Origin: Eubacteriales bacterium
GTDB taxonomy: Bacteria > Bacillota > Clostridia > Oscillospirales > SIG627
Direction of reading: 5' to 3'
Length of the DNA: 60,011 nucleotides
NCBI GenBank assembly: GCA_045655865.1
Contig: JAZOQB010000007.1
Location: 1-60,011, forward strand
In this document: piece by piece, positions 1 to 8,530 of the stretch
Layout: each line of letters starts with the position of its first letter
How positions within the stretch are numbered: position 1 is the first letter of the stretch
Notes under the pieces: generated by a model
What the model was told of the DNA's origin: nothing
What the model saw: the letters and a program-made list of their open reading frames with translations, nothing else
The model's database searches: none
Made by a program: the position numbers and the translations under genes

Positions 1-1378
1 CCGCTTCCGCACTGTCCGAATCCGTGGGGCTGGCAACCAGTTTATCTCCTTGGCGTCCGCAAACGCGGAAGGTGCGGTAAATCCGCCGAGAATCCAGAAG
101 GTTGGCTACCTCGGTCATGAAGAGAAAGAGAGCGGCCACACAACCAAAGAGTGGGTAAGTCTTTTCTCCGAAAATCAGCATCGTAACACTGTGGATTGTG
201 GTTAGGAGTGTGAGCAGAAAAGGCGTTGTTTTGCGGTTAGGCTTTCCTTGTATCAGCCCGCGAGCCCCTTCTCCCAGCGAGGAGAGAGAGAGTAGCGCTG
301 CAACAAAAATCAGTTGAATGTCTATTAAAAGGTAGATGGCGCTGTATACGCTGTCGGGCTTTAAAAACTCCGGATGGTAGAAATTAGAAAACGTGGCGCT
401 TTCCAGGTAAAGAAGAGCCAGAAATACCAAAAAAGACCAAACGCAGGAGATCATACCTTTGAAATTGCGGTTGCGAAGATGCTCTGCAAATTCGTCGTAT
501 TCTTCCTGAGCGGTGAACTCTTCCGGAAGAAGACCTTTCTTCCGAGGGCTCTCTTCCATCTCGTCGTAGGTGTCGTTATAGGGGTCCGACTGATCGGGCA
601 TGTGCATCTCGTCAGCCAATTCCGGAATGGAGTCTGTTACCTGATCCGGAGTGATCTGATTGAGGGCTTCTTCAATTGCAAAGGTGGCGTGATAACGCTT
701 GGTGACCTCGTCCGGTGCGTCGTGAATGGCCACGTACTCCCCATCGCCCTTCCGGGCGGGAACGAGGGTTTCCCCTTGAGGTGCGCAGGCCTCTTCCTCT
801 AACAGCTCCTTCTCTTCGGACAAAGTCTCTGTGTTTTGGATCGAAGCGGGGGCTTCAAATTTCGGTTCCGCTTCTTTTTTCTTCTTTTTCTTTTTCTTGT
901 CCGATCCAAAGACCTCCAGCAAGAGGGCTGTGGTTTGATCGTATTCCGATTGAGATGTGCTTGCGGAAAAACTGCCTTTGGTGTGGTTAAATACCTCATC
1001 CAGCTTTTTGGAGTCCACCTCGGTGGTTTCCAAAGCTTCCATCAACTCTTCCGGAATGGGTTTTGTTTCAGAATGATCCGCCCGGCTATCTTCCGCGGCT
1101 AAGTCAGAGAGGGAAAAAGCGCGAGTGTCACTTTTTTCTTCTGTGACTTCCGGCTTCTCTTCCTCGATAACGGTGTTGTCAATTACTTGGGGCTCAAGTT
1201 TTTCTTGGATCTGTGGGACCGCGTCGTGGTCCTTGGTTTTTTGCTGTGTGTTGGAATTGGTATCTTCCCCAAAGAGAAGAGGGAAGAAATGCTGGCGATT
1301 TTCTTCTTCAGATTGGCGTTCCCGATGATCGGTGTCTTCTTTTTTACTGTTTCGTTTAAATCTGTAAACAGAAGCCAT
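1..1378 (-). CDS. Large membrane protein, truncated by the window edge: ~310-aa acidic/low-complexity N-terminus followed by several TM helices
   Basis: Manual translation: ATG at 1378 preceded by GAAAGGA; frame open with no stop to base 1 (MASVYRFKRN...MISCVWSFLVFLALLY...GARGLIQGKPNRKT...). Absent from the ORF track because it has no stop in the window. Confidence 0.85.
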   Translation of the reverse strand, partial: MASVYRFKRNSKKEDTDHRERQSEEENRQHFFPLLFGEDTNSNTQQKTKDHDAVPQIQEKLEPQVIDNTVIEEEKPEVTEEKSDTRAFSLSDLAAEDSRADHSETKPIPEELMEALETTEVDSKKLDEVFNHTKGSFSASTSQSEYDQTTALLLEVFGSDKKKKKKKKEAEPKFEAPASIQNTETLSEEKELLEEEACAPQGETLVPARKGDGEYVAIHDAPDEVTKRYHATFAIEEALNQITPDQVTDSIPELADEMHMPDQSDPYNDTYDEMEESPRKKGLLPEEFTAQEEYDEFAEHLRNRNFKGMISCVWSFLVFLALLYLESATFSNFYHPEFLKPDSVYSAIYLLIDIQLIFVAALLSLSSLGEGARGLIQGKPNRKTTPFLLTLLTTIHSVTMLIFGEKTYPLFGCVAALFLFMTEVANLLDSRRIYRTFRVCGRQGDKLVASPTDSDSAEA

Positions 1379-1398
1379 AAAAGTCCTTTCCGAAAAAA

Positions 1399-2169
1399 TT
1401 ATCTATATTTTGCTGCCTCATATAAAATAACGGCGCCGGCGCAGGAGACGTTCAGGGAATTGATCTTTCCGCGCATAGGCAAGGAAATGACAAAATCGCT
1501 TTTTTCCTTTAAAAGACGGGAAACTCCAAATCCCTCACTCCCCAGAATGATGGCAATGGGTCCCTTGTAATCTACTTGATCGTAGGGGCTTCCGTCTGCC
1601 TCACAAGAGAAGATCCAAAGCCCTCTTTCTTTTAAAATCTCTACTGTCTGAGCTAAGTTCGCCACGCGACAGACAGCCAAATGTTCAGCGGCACCTGCAG
1701 AGGATTTGATTACCGTTGGGGTAAGACCCACGGCATTTGCCCGAGGAATGATGATACCGTGAACGCCCGCACCCTCACAGCAGCGGATCAACGCTCCGAA
1801 ATTGTGAGGATCTTCCAAGCCGTCTGCCAGAACAAAGAACGGCTCCTCGCCGCGCTCTTGTGCGATTTGAAAGAGCTCTTCCAGCAAGACGTATTCTTTT
1901 TGGGCTGCCATGGCCACCACGCCTTGGTGAAAGGCGCCGCCTGCCATCGCCTCCAGCTTTGCTTTTTCGGCAAAGGCCACGGGGATCTTTTTTTCTTTTG
2001 CTTTTGCCAGAATGGCTTTCAAAGAACCGGTCCCCTCTTTTTGGAGATAGATCTTTTCTACCGTTCTGCCGGAAAGCAGAAGCTCCATCACGGCTTGGCG
2101 ACCGGCGACTACGCTCCCTTGCGCAGAAGTACTTTTTTTACGAGAAAAATTATCATTTGTTTTCATCAT
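1399..2169 (-). CDS. rlmB: 23S rRNA (guanosine-2251-2'-O)-methyltransferase RlmB (SpoU family)
   Basis: Motifs AGRQAV, HQGVVA, DGLEDPHNFGALIR, GSEGFG, SLNVSCA. Start trimmed from the track ORF (2310) to ATG 2169. Confidence 0.93.
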   Translation of the reverse strand: MMKTNDNFSRKKSTSAQGSVVAGRQAVMELLLSGRTVEKIYLQKEGTGSLKAILAKAKEKKIPVAFAEKAKLEAMAGGAFHQGVVAMAAQKEYVLLEELFQIAQERGEEPFFVLADGLEDPHNFGALIRCCEGAGVHGIIIPRANAVGLTPTVIKSSAGAAEHLAVCRVANLAQTVEILKERGLWIFSCEADGSPYDQVDYKGPIAIILGSEGFGVSRLLKEKSDFVISLPMRGKINSLNVSCAGAVILYEAAKYR

Positions 2170-2176
2170 CCAGATT

Positions 2177-2205
2177 ATTATATCACAGAAAAAAAGAATT
2201 GTATA
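2177..2205 (-). promoter_or_regulatory. sigma-A promoter of rlmB (TATACA-17-TGnTATAAT)
   Basis: Minus strand reads TATACA-attctttttttctgtga-TATAAT, 7 nt before the ATG. Confidence 0.7.
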
Positions 2206-2304
2206 GCCTTTTTTGAATTTTTTACAAAAAAAATCTGCATGGAAGAAAAGAGGTGAAAAAAATAAAAAATCTTCAATATATTTTAGAATAATATAGAAAA
2301 AAAC

Positions 2305-2334
2305 TTGCAATTTTACCCAGCGTTGGTATATGAT
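2305..2334 (+). promoter_or_regulatory. Probable sigma-A promoter of the trmH...leuS run
   Basis: TTGCAA-18-TATGAT upstream of 2364. Confidence 0.5.
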
Positions 2335-2363
2335 AAAAGGAAAGAGTCAGAAAGGATGGATTC

Positions 2364-3158
2364 ATGGACTGGAAAGAAATTGAAAGCAGACAGAATCCTT
2401 TGGTCAAATTCGCCTCCTCTTTGGGGGAGAAAAAGACAAGGGATCGGGAAGGGGTGTTTTCTTGCGAAGGAGCTACCATTTTTTTTGATCTCTGCAAAGC
2501 TGGAGTATTTCCCGAAACCCTGTTTCTCTCTGCTGATAAGATCCATTTAAAAGAAAAGGTGGAAACGGCACTTTCAGAGCATGACTGCCAGACAGTTCTC
2601 CTGTCTCCGGGTGCCTTTGAAAAGATCAGTACGGAAAAGGCCAGCGAAGGGATCCTGACTCTGTATTCTCAGAAAAAGATCTCCCGAGCCTTGCCTGTTT
2701 TGCATTGGCGTCGGCTCGTCGCCCTGGAAAACGTTCAAGACCCAGGGAATGTGGGAACTGTGATCCGAACCGCTGCCGCCTTGGGTTTTGACGGGGTGTT
2801 GCTTGTCGGCGGGGCGGATCCCTTTGGTCCGAAAGCGGTCCGTGCTTCCATGGGAGCTTTTGCCCGGATCCCCATTCTTTCTTTTTCCGACACAAAATCT
2901 CTCTTTTCTGCTTTGGAGGAAAAGGGGGTTCGCAGCATCGCCTCATGCCTTGCACCTGAGGCAAAACAGATCGGTCAAACGCTCTTTCAGGAACCGGTCT
3001 GCGTTCTCATCGGCAATGAAGGCAGTGGCCTTACCCCGGAGGCACAGGCTTGGGCAACGGAAAAGAGCCGTATTCCCATGAGCGCTATGGAAAGCTTGAA
3101 CGCCGCGGCGGCAGGGGCCATCTTCCTGTGGGAGATTGCAAGAAGGAGCGATCAATGA
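2364..3158 (+). CDS. TrmH/SpoU family RNA 2'-O-methyltransferase
   Basis: IESRQNPLVK N-terminus, ENVQDPGNVGTVIRTA, RASMGA, GNEGSG, ESLNAA. Confidence 0.9.
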   Translation: MDWKEIESRQNPLVKFASSLGEKKTRDREGVFSCEGATIFFDLCKAGVFPETLFLSADKIHLKEKVETALSEHDCQTVLLSPGAFEKISTEKASEGILTLYSQKKISRALPVLHWRRLVALENVQDPGNVGTVIRTAAALGFDGVLLVGGADPFGPKAVRASMGAFARIPILSFSDTKSLFSALEEKGVRSIASCLAPEAKQIGQTLFQEPVCVLIGNEGSGLTPEAQAWATEKSRIPMSAMESLNAAAAGAIFLWEIARRSDQ

Positions 3159-4456
3159 AGGAAAAAGAACAAAGACTCCTGTATTGGCTTTGGTTGTCTC
3201 TTGCTACTTGTCCGGGAACGGTATTGCCCACCACCTTGCTCAAGTACTTTGGAGATCCGGAAAAGATCTATGAGGCCACGCCGGAGGATCTGGAAGAAGT
3301 GGACACTTTGTTTTACGGACATGAAAAAGATCTGGCGGACAAGTCTCTGGACAGGGCAAAAAGCATTTTGACCTATTGCCGAAAAGAGAAAATCGGAATC
3401 ATGACTCCGGATGACTATATCTATCCGGAAGGATTCCGCGCCCTCCCCAATAAGCCCATGGTGCTCTATTACCTGGGGAATTTCTGCGATCTGGACAATC
3501 GTTTTACGGTGGGCGTTGTGGGAACGCGCCATCCCAGTGGATACGGAATTCACGCCGCCAAGCGGATCTCTTTGGATCTGGCTCGCGCCGGAGCGGTGAT
3601 CGTCTCCGGGGTAGCGATGGGCTGCGATACTTTTGCGCATAAGGCGGCGCTTTACAACAAAAGCTTTACTGTGGGGATCTTAGGATGCGGGATCGACCGG
3701 GTATACCCGGAGGAGAACGCGGAATTGTATGAACAGATCATCCGGGAAGGACTGCTTATCACCGAATATCCTCCCGGGACACCGCCCTACGGAAAGAATT
3801 TTCCCAAAAGAAATCGTCTGATTGCCGCCCTGTCCGATACCGTTTGCGTCATCGAAGGAGATGAGCGCAGCGGAGCTCTCATTACTGCGGAAGATGCAAT
3901 GAAACAGAAAAAGACGGTCTATGCGGTCCCCGGGTCTATTTTCTCAAGGTCCGCTTTAGGCAGCAATTTCCTTTTGAAGATGGGCGCAAAGCCTTGTCTT
4001 TCCGCCTATGACATAGTGGAGGATTTTCGGCCCCTATATCCCGGTTTAAAAAGTGCACTGCCCCTTTTTGGCAAAAAGGAGAGCGTGCCTGAACCGAAAA
4101 AGGAAAAGAGACCGAAAATTCGACAAAAGCTTCGCTCTTTTGTGTTTCCCGGATCCCAGCGGTCCGAGGAAGAAAAGGCGATACCTCCGGAATTTGAGGT
4201 GTCTTTTATAGAAGGGGAGAAAAAAGAGGAAGAAAAAACGGTCTCTTCGCTGGCCTCTCCGCTTCCTACCCTCTCGGAAGAGGAGAGGGAGATTTACATT
4301 GCACTGGGGTATGAGCCAATGAGCTCGGACGCCCTGGTGACACAGGACAGAAGCGTCTCCAAGGTCCTGCAAATTTTAACCAAACTGGAAATCAAAGGGC
4401 TTGTGCGAAAGGCGCCCGGAGGAAAGTATATCCTCACCGATCGCGCAGAAGTATGA
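3155..4456 (+). CDS. dprA: DNA-processing protein DprA
   Basis: VVGTR, VSGVAMGCD, FPKRNRLIAALS, SGALITA, C-terminal winged helix (LTKLEIKGLV); ATGA overlap with the upstream gene; lies before topA. Confidence 0.95.
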   Translation: MKEKEQRLLYWLWLSLATCPGTVLPTTLLKYFGDPEKIYEATPEDLEEVDTLFYGHEKDLADKSLDRAKSILTYCRKEKIGIMTPDDYIYPEGFRALPNKPMVLYYLGNFCDLDNRFTVGVVGTRHPSGYGIHAAKRISLDLARAGAVIVSGVAMGCDTFAHKAALYNKSFTVGILGCGIDRVYPEENAELYEQIIREGLLITEYPPGTPPYGKNFPKRNRLIAALSDTVCVIEGDERSGALITAEDAMKQKKTVYAVPGSIFSRSALGSNFLLKMGAKPCLSAYDIVEDFRPLYPGLKSALPLFGKKESVPEPKKEKRPKIRQKLRSFVFPGSQRSEEEKAIPPEFEVSFIEGEKKEEEKTVSSLASPLPTLSEEEREIYIALGYEPMSSDALVTQDRSVSKVLQILTKLEIKGLVRKAPGGKYILTDRAEV

Positions 4457-4469
4457 AAGGAAACACAAT

Positions 4470-6737
4470 ATGGCAAATCATTTGGTAATCGTGGAATCTC
4501 CGGGAAAGGTACCTACCATCAAAAGCTTTTTGGGGAGCGGATATAAAGTCGTGGCCTGTCAAGGGCACATCCGAGACCTTCCGAAAAGCAGTCTCGGTGT
4601 GGATCTGGAGCATGACTTTCAACCAAAATACATCAATATTCGCGGAAAAGGTGAGCTGATCGCAGATCTGAAAAAAGAAGTGAAAAATGCCGACAAGGTG
4701 TTTTTGGCAGGCGACCCTGATCGAGAGGGAGAAGCGATCAGCTGGCACCTGTACCAGGCGCTGGGGCTGGAAGGAAAAAACGGCGGACGGATCTCGTTTA
4801 ACGAGATCACAAAGCCTGCGGTGAAAAACGCTATCGCTCATCCCCGTCAGATCGATATGGCTCTGGTGAACTCTCAGCAGACCCGAAGAATTTTAGATCG
4901 CATCGTGGGGTATAAGCTGAGTCCTCTTCTTTGGAAAAATGTGCAAAACGGATTGTCCGCCGGCCGGGTTCAGTCAGTGGCCACTCGCCTTGTTGTGGAT
5001 CGGGAGCGTGAGATCCGTGCCTTTGTTCCCGAAGAGTATTGGACGCTCAACGCCTTACTTTCCACTCCTCAGGGAAAGGACTTTATTGCCCGTTTTCACG
5101 GCTCTCTCCAGAAAAAAGCGTCTCTTTCCAATCAGGAGGCCTGCGACAAGGTGTTATCTTCTTTGAAAGAGGCAGAATATTCTGTGAACCACGTGGTCAC
5201 CAGCGCAAAGATCAAAAATCCACCGCCTCCTTTTACCACTTCTCAATTACAGCAAGAGGCTTTCAAACGTCTGGGCTTTCCGTCGAAAAAAACCATGCGC
5301 ATCGCTCAGTCTCTCTATGAGGGAATGAATCTTGGAAAACACGAGGAGCACGGACTGATCACTTATATGAGAACCGACTCTCTGCGCGTTTCCGCGGAGG
5401 CGCAAAGCGCCGCTCGGGAGATGATCCTAAATAAATTCGGGGAAAAATTTTATCCCGCAAAGCCCCGCACCTACCAGTCCAAAGGAACCAGTCAGGATGC
5501 CCACGAAGCCATCCGTCCCACCGATCCCGCCAAAACGCCGGAATCGTTGAAGGAAGTGCTCTCTTCTGAGCAGTTTCGCTTATATAAGCTGATCTGGGAC
5601 CGTTTTACCGCCAGCCAGATGGCCAGCGCCAAGATCGACGTGCAGTCGGTGGATATTCAGGCTCGCTGTCCCGACGGAAAGAGTTTTCGATTTAAGGCCA
5701 GTGGCGAGACGGTTCGTTTTCAGGGATTTTTGAAGGTCTATGGGGAGATCAAGGAAGAGGGAACCGAGGAAAATTTGTCAACCGGAAAACTTCCCGCTTT
5801 GCAGGAAAACGACGTTTTGACGGAAAAAGAGTTGTTTCCTAAGCAAAACTTTACTCAGCCGCCCCGCCGTTACAACGATGCCAGTTTGGTGGACGCTTTG
5901 GAGGAAAAAGGGATCGGACGACCCAGTACCTATGCTCCCACCATCGAGACCATTCTCAATCGCGGGTACATCGCCCGGGACAAAAAGCAGTTTATTCCCA
6001 CAAAGCTGGGAGAAGTGACCAATGAGATCATGGAGAAGAACTTTGGCACTGTGGTGGACTATGAATTTACGGCCAATCTGGAAAAAAAGCTGGATGATAT
6101 TGCAGAGGGACAGGCGGAATACATCGGCGTTCTGTCCGAATTCTACGGAGAATTCAAACGGCTTTTGGACGAGGCGGAAAAAGAATTGGCTGAGCAGGGC
6201 AAGGTCCAGCTCCCGCAAGAGGAATTGGATGTTGTCTGCCCCAACTGCGGAAGGAAAATGATTGTAAAGACCGGGCGCTTCGGAAAGTTTGCCGCATGCC
6301 CGGGATATCCCGAATGTAAGACCACCATGACCCTGGACCGGAATGGAAAAGTGGCCCAGGCTCCGGAAAAAGCGGAAGAGGTTGTGGTGGAAGGAATGAC
6401 CTGCGAAAAGTGTTCCGGTCCCGTTGTCATCAAAAAGGGACGTTACGGCGATTTTTACGCTTGCCAGAATTACCCGAAATGCCGATTCACGCGACAGATC
6501 CCCAAAAAGATCGGTGTGAAGTGCCCGAAATGCGAAGGCCAGATTGTGGAGAAGCACGGTCGCAAAAGCACCTTCTATTCTTGCGACCAATATCCCAATT
6601 GCGACTTTTCTCTTTGGGATGAACCAACCGGCCAAACATGTCCTCAATGCGGTTCTCTTTTGGTGAAAAAGAAAAACGGGAGCGTGGTTTGCTCCTCCAA
6701 AGAATGTAAGTACAAAGAAAGCAAGGTGAATGAATGA
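4470..6737 (+). CDS. topA: DNA topoisomerase I with four C-terminal zinc ribbons
   Basis: LVIVESP, DPDREGE, SAGRVQS, ITYMRTDS, AHEAIRPT, GIGRPSTY and four CxxC...C...C ribbons. Confidence 0.98.
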   Translation: MANHLVIVESPGKVPTIKSFLGSGYKVVACQGHIRDLPKSSLGVDLEHDFQPKYINIRGKGELIADLKKEVKNADKVFLAGDPDREGEAISWHLYQALGLEGKNGGRISFNEITKPAVKNAIAHPRQIDMALVNSQQTRRILDRIVGYKLSPLLWKNVQNGLSAGRVQSVATRLVVDREREIRAFVPEEYWTLNALLSTPQGKDFIARFHGSLQKKASLSNQEACDKVLSSLKEAEYSVNHVVTSAKIKNPPPPFTTSQLQQEAFKRLGFPSKKTMRIAQSLYEGMNLGKHEEHGLITYMRTDSLRVSAEAQSAAREMILNKFGEKFYPAKPRTYQSKGTSQDAHEAIRPTDPAKTPESLKEVLSSEQFRLYKLIWDRFTASQMASAKIDVQSVDIQARCPDGKSFRFKASGETVRFQGFLKVYGEIKEEGTEENLSTGKLPALQENDVLTEKELFPKQNFTQPPRRYNDASLVDALEEKGIGRPSTYAPTIETILNRGYIARDKKQFIPTKLGEVTNEIMEKNFGTVVDYEFTANLEKKLDDIAEGQAEYIGVLSEFYGEFKRLLDEAEKELAEQGKVQLPQEELDVVCPNCGRKMIVKTGRFGKFAACPGYPECKTTMTLDRNGKVAQAPEKAEEVVVEGMTCEKCSGPVVIKKGRYGDFYACQNYPKCRFTRQIPKKIGVKCPKCEGQIVEKHGRKSTFYSCDQYPNCDFSLWDEPTGQTCPQCGSLLVKKKNGSVVCSSKECKYKESKVNE

Positions 6738-7747
6738 AGCTGATCGTGGACGCCATGGGCGGCGACCATGCCCCGGAAGAAATCGTCTTGGGCGCCGTAC
6801 AGGGAATGAAAGAGAATCCCGACATTCAGATTCTTTTTACAGGTGACGAGAATGCCATTTTACGCGTTTTGAAGGACAATCATATTTCCCCGCAGGGGAT
6901 CGAGATCTTTCATACTCCCAATGCCATTGCCATGGAAGACGATCCTTTGTGCATTCTCAAGAGTAAGCGAGATTCTTCCATGGGAAAAGGCTTGACTCTT
7001 TTGGGAGAGGGGAAGGGCGACGCCTTTCTTTCTGCCGGAAGCACCGGCGCTCTTTTGGTGGGCGCTTCCAGCCGTATTTATAAATTAAAACTTCCCGGGA
7101 TCCGACGTTGCGCCATCGGAACCGTGCTTCCGCTTACCGTCCCCACTCTTCTTTTAGACAGTGGCGCCAACATTGAGGTAAGCCCCGAGGAGCTTGTACA
7201 GTTCGGCTATATGGGAAAAGCTTACATGAGTGGCGTTTTTGGGATCCAAGAGCCTCGGGTAGGCCTTGTCAATAACGGTGCTGAGGAAACCAAAGGCACA
7301 GCTCTTTACGTTCAGACTCACGCTCTGTTGAAAGAGACCAGAGACCTTCGTTTTGTAGGCAATATCGAAGGGCGAGACATCCCCCTGGGAGCGGCAGACG
7401 TTCTGCTTTGCGACGGTTTTGTGGGAAATGTGATCTTAAAGCTCTCCGAAGGTTTTGGAAAATTTATCGGCAGGGAATTGAAGGGGATCTTAGGCAAGGG
7501 GGTCTGCGGAAAATTGGCCGGTCTTCTGGTCTATTCCAAACTCCGTGGCTTCAAATCCCGCTTATCTTATGAGAAATACGGCGGTGCGCCGTTGCTGGGA
7601 ACTTGCCGCCCCATTATCAAGGCTCACGGCTCTTCCAAGGCAGACGCCATCAAAAACGCAGTTTTTCAGGCGAAAAAATGCCACGAATCCGGGCTTTGCG
7701 CCATGATAAAAAGTCAAGTTTTGCCGCCGGAAAAAGGAGAAGCTTAA
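6734..7747 (+). CDS. plsX: Phosphate acyltransferase PlsX
   Basis: VDAMGGDHAP, SAGSTGA, LDSGAN, CDGFVGN, GGAPLLG, KAHGSS. Confidence 0.96.
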   Translation: MKLIVDAMGGDHAPEEIVLGAVQGMKENPDIQILFTGDENAILRVLKDNHISPQGIEIFHTPNAIAMEDDPLCILKSKRDSSMGKGLTLLGEGKGDAFLSAGSTGALLVGASSRIYKLKLPGIRRCAIGTVLPLTVPTLLLDSGANIEVSPEELVQFGYMGKAYMSGVFGIQEPRVGLVNNGAEETKGTALYVQTHALLKETRDLRFVGNIEGRDIPLGAADVLLCDGFVGNVILKLSEGFGKFIGRELKGILGKGVCGKLAGLLVYSKLRGFKSRLSYEKYGGAPLLGTCRPIIKAHGSSKADAIKNAVFQAKKCHESGLCAMIKSQVLPPEKGEA

Positions 7748-8509
7748 ATGGAATGGAAATTGGCCTGTGAGGCGGATTATCCTCAGAGTTTTCTCTCACG
7801 GCTGGATGAATTGGAACAGAAGATCGGGCATCGGTTCCGGGATCGAAAATACCTTTTGATTGCTCTGACCCACTCTTCGTTTTCCAATGAAAAACGCAAT
7901 CACATTTTATTTGAACATAATGAGCGGCAGGAATTTTTGGGCGACTCTGTTTTGTCGCTGGTGGTCTCTCGGCACCTGTTTTCCGATCACGCCACCTTTC
8001 AGGAAGGGGTCCTTACAAAGCTCCGGGCTTCTTCCGTGTGTGCTGAGGCTCTCTTTGAGTATGCGGAAACGATCGACCTTGGCCAATACATGCTTTTGAA
8101 CCGTGGCCTGGAAGACGCACACGGCCGTCATCAAAAAAACATTCTCGCCGACTGTTTTGAGGCTCTCATCGCGGCTTTATATCTGGATGGGGGTTATGAT
8201 GCGGCAGAGCGTTTTGTTTTGCGCTTTGCTCAGCCCAGGATCCATCGTCTCGTAAAGGGCGGACAGATCCGGGACGAGGATTATAAAAGCCTTTTGCAGG
8301 AAAAAGTTCAGACCAGCCCCGGCGAAAAGGTGGAGTATTATTTGATCGGCGAAAAGGGTCCGGATCATTTGAAGGAGTTTTCCGTTGAGGTGCGACTCAA
8401 TTCCAACGTGATCGGCCAAGGCTGCGGCTCGTCCAAACGAAAAGCGGAGCAGGAAGCGGCTCGCGTGGCTCTTCTTACCTGGTTCGGAGAAACGGACAAA
8501 AAAGAATAA
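7748..8509 (+). CDS. rnc: Ribonuclease III
   Basis: ALTHSS, NERQEFLGD, ADCFEALIAALYLD, dsRBD DYKSLLQE...KAEQEAA. Confidence 0.97.
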   Translation: MEWKLACEADYPQSFLSRLDELEQKIGHRFRDRKYLLIALTHSSFSNEKRNHILFEHNERQEFLGDSVLSLVVSRHLFSDHATFQEGVLTKLRASSVCAEALFEYAETIDLGQYMLLNRGLEDAHGRHQKNILADCFEALIAALYLDGGYDAAERFVLRFAQPRIHRLVKGGQIRDEDYKSLLQEKVQTSPGEKVEYYLIGEKGPDHLKEFSVEVRLNSNVIGQGCGSSKRKAEQEAARVALLTWFGETDKKE

Positions 8510-8530
8510 CAAAAGAAAAAGGGGAACCGG

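Noticed and set aside
374-1570. Several + strand ORFs in the track (374-802, 836-1102, 1187-1570 and others)
   Set aside because: Antisense shadows of the continuous minus-strand gene at 1-1378 and of rlmB; no RBS and implausible composition.
7915-7950. RNase III signature ERQEFLGD instead of ERLEFLGD
   Set aside because: Catalytic acidic residues are intact; a single non-catalytic substitution is not evidence of altered function.
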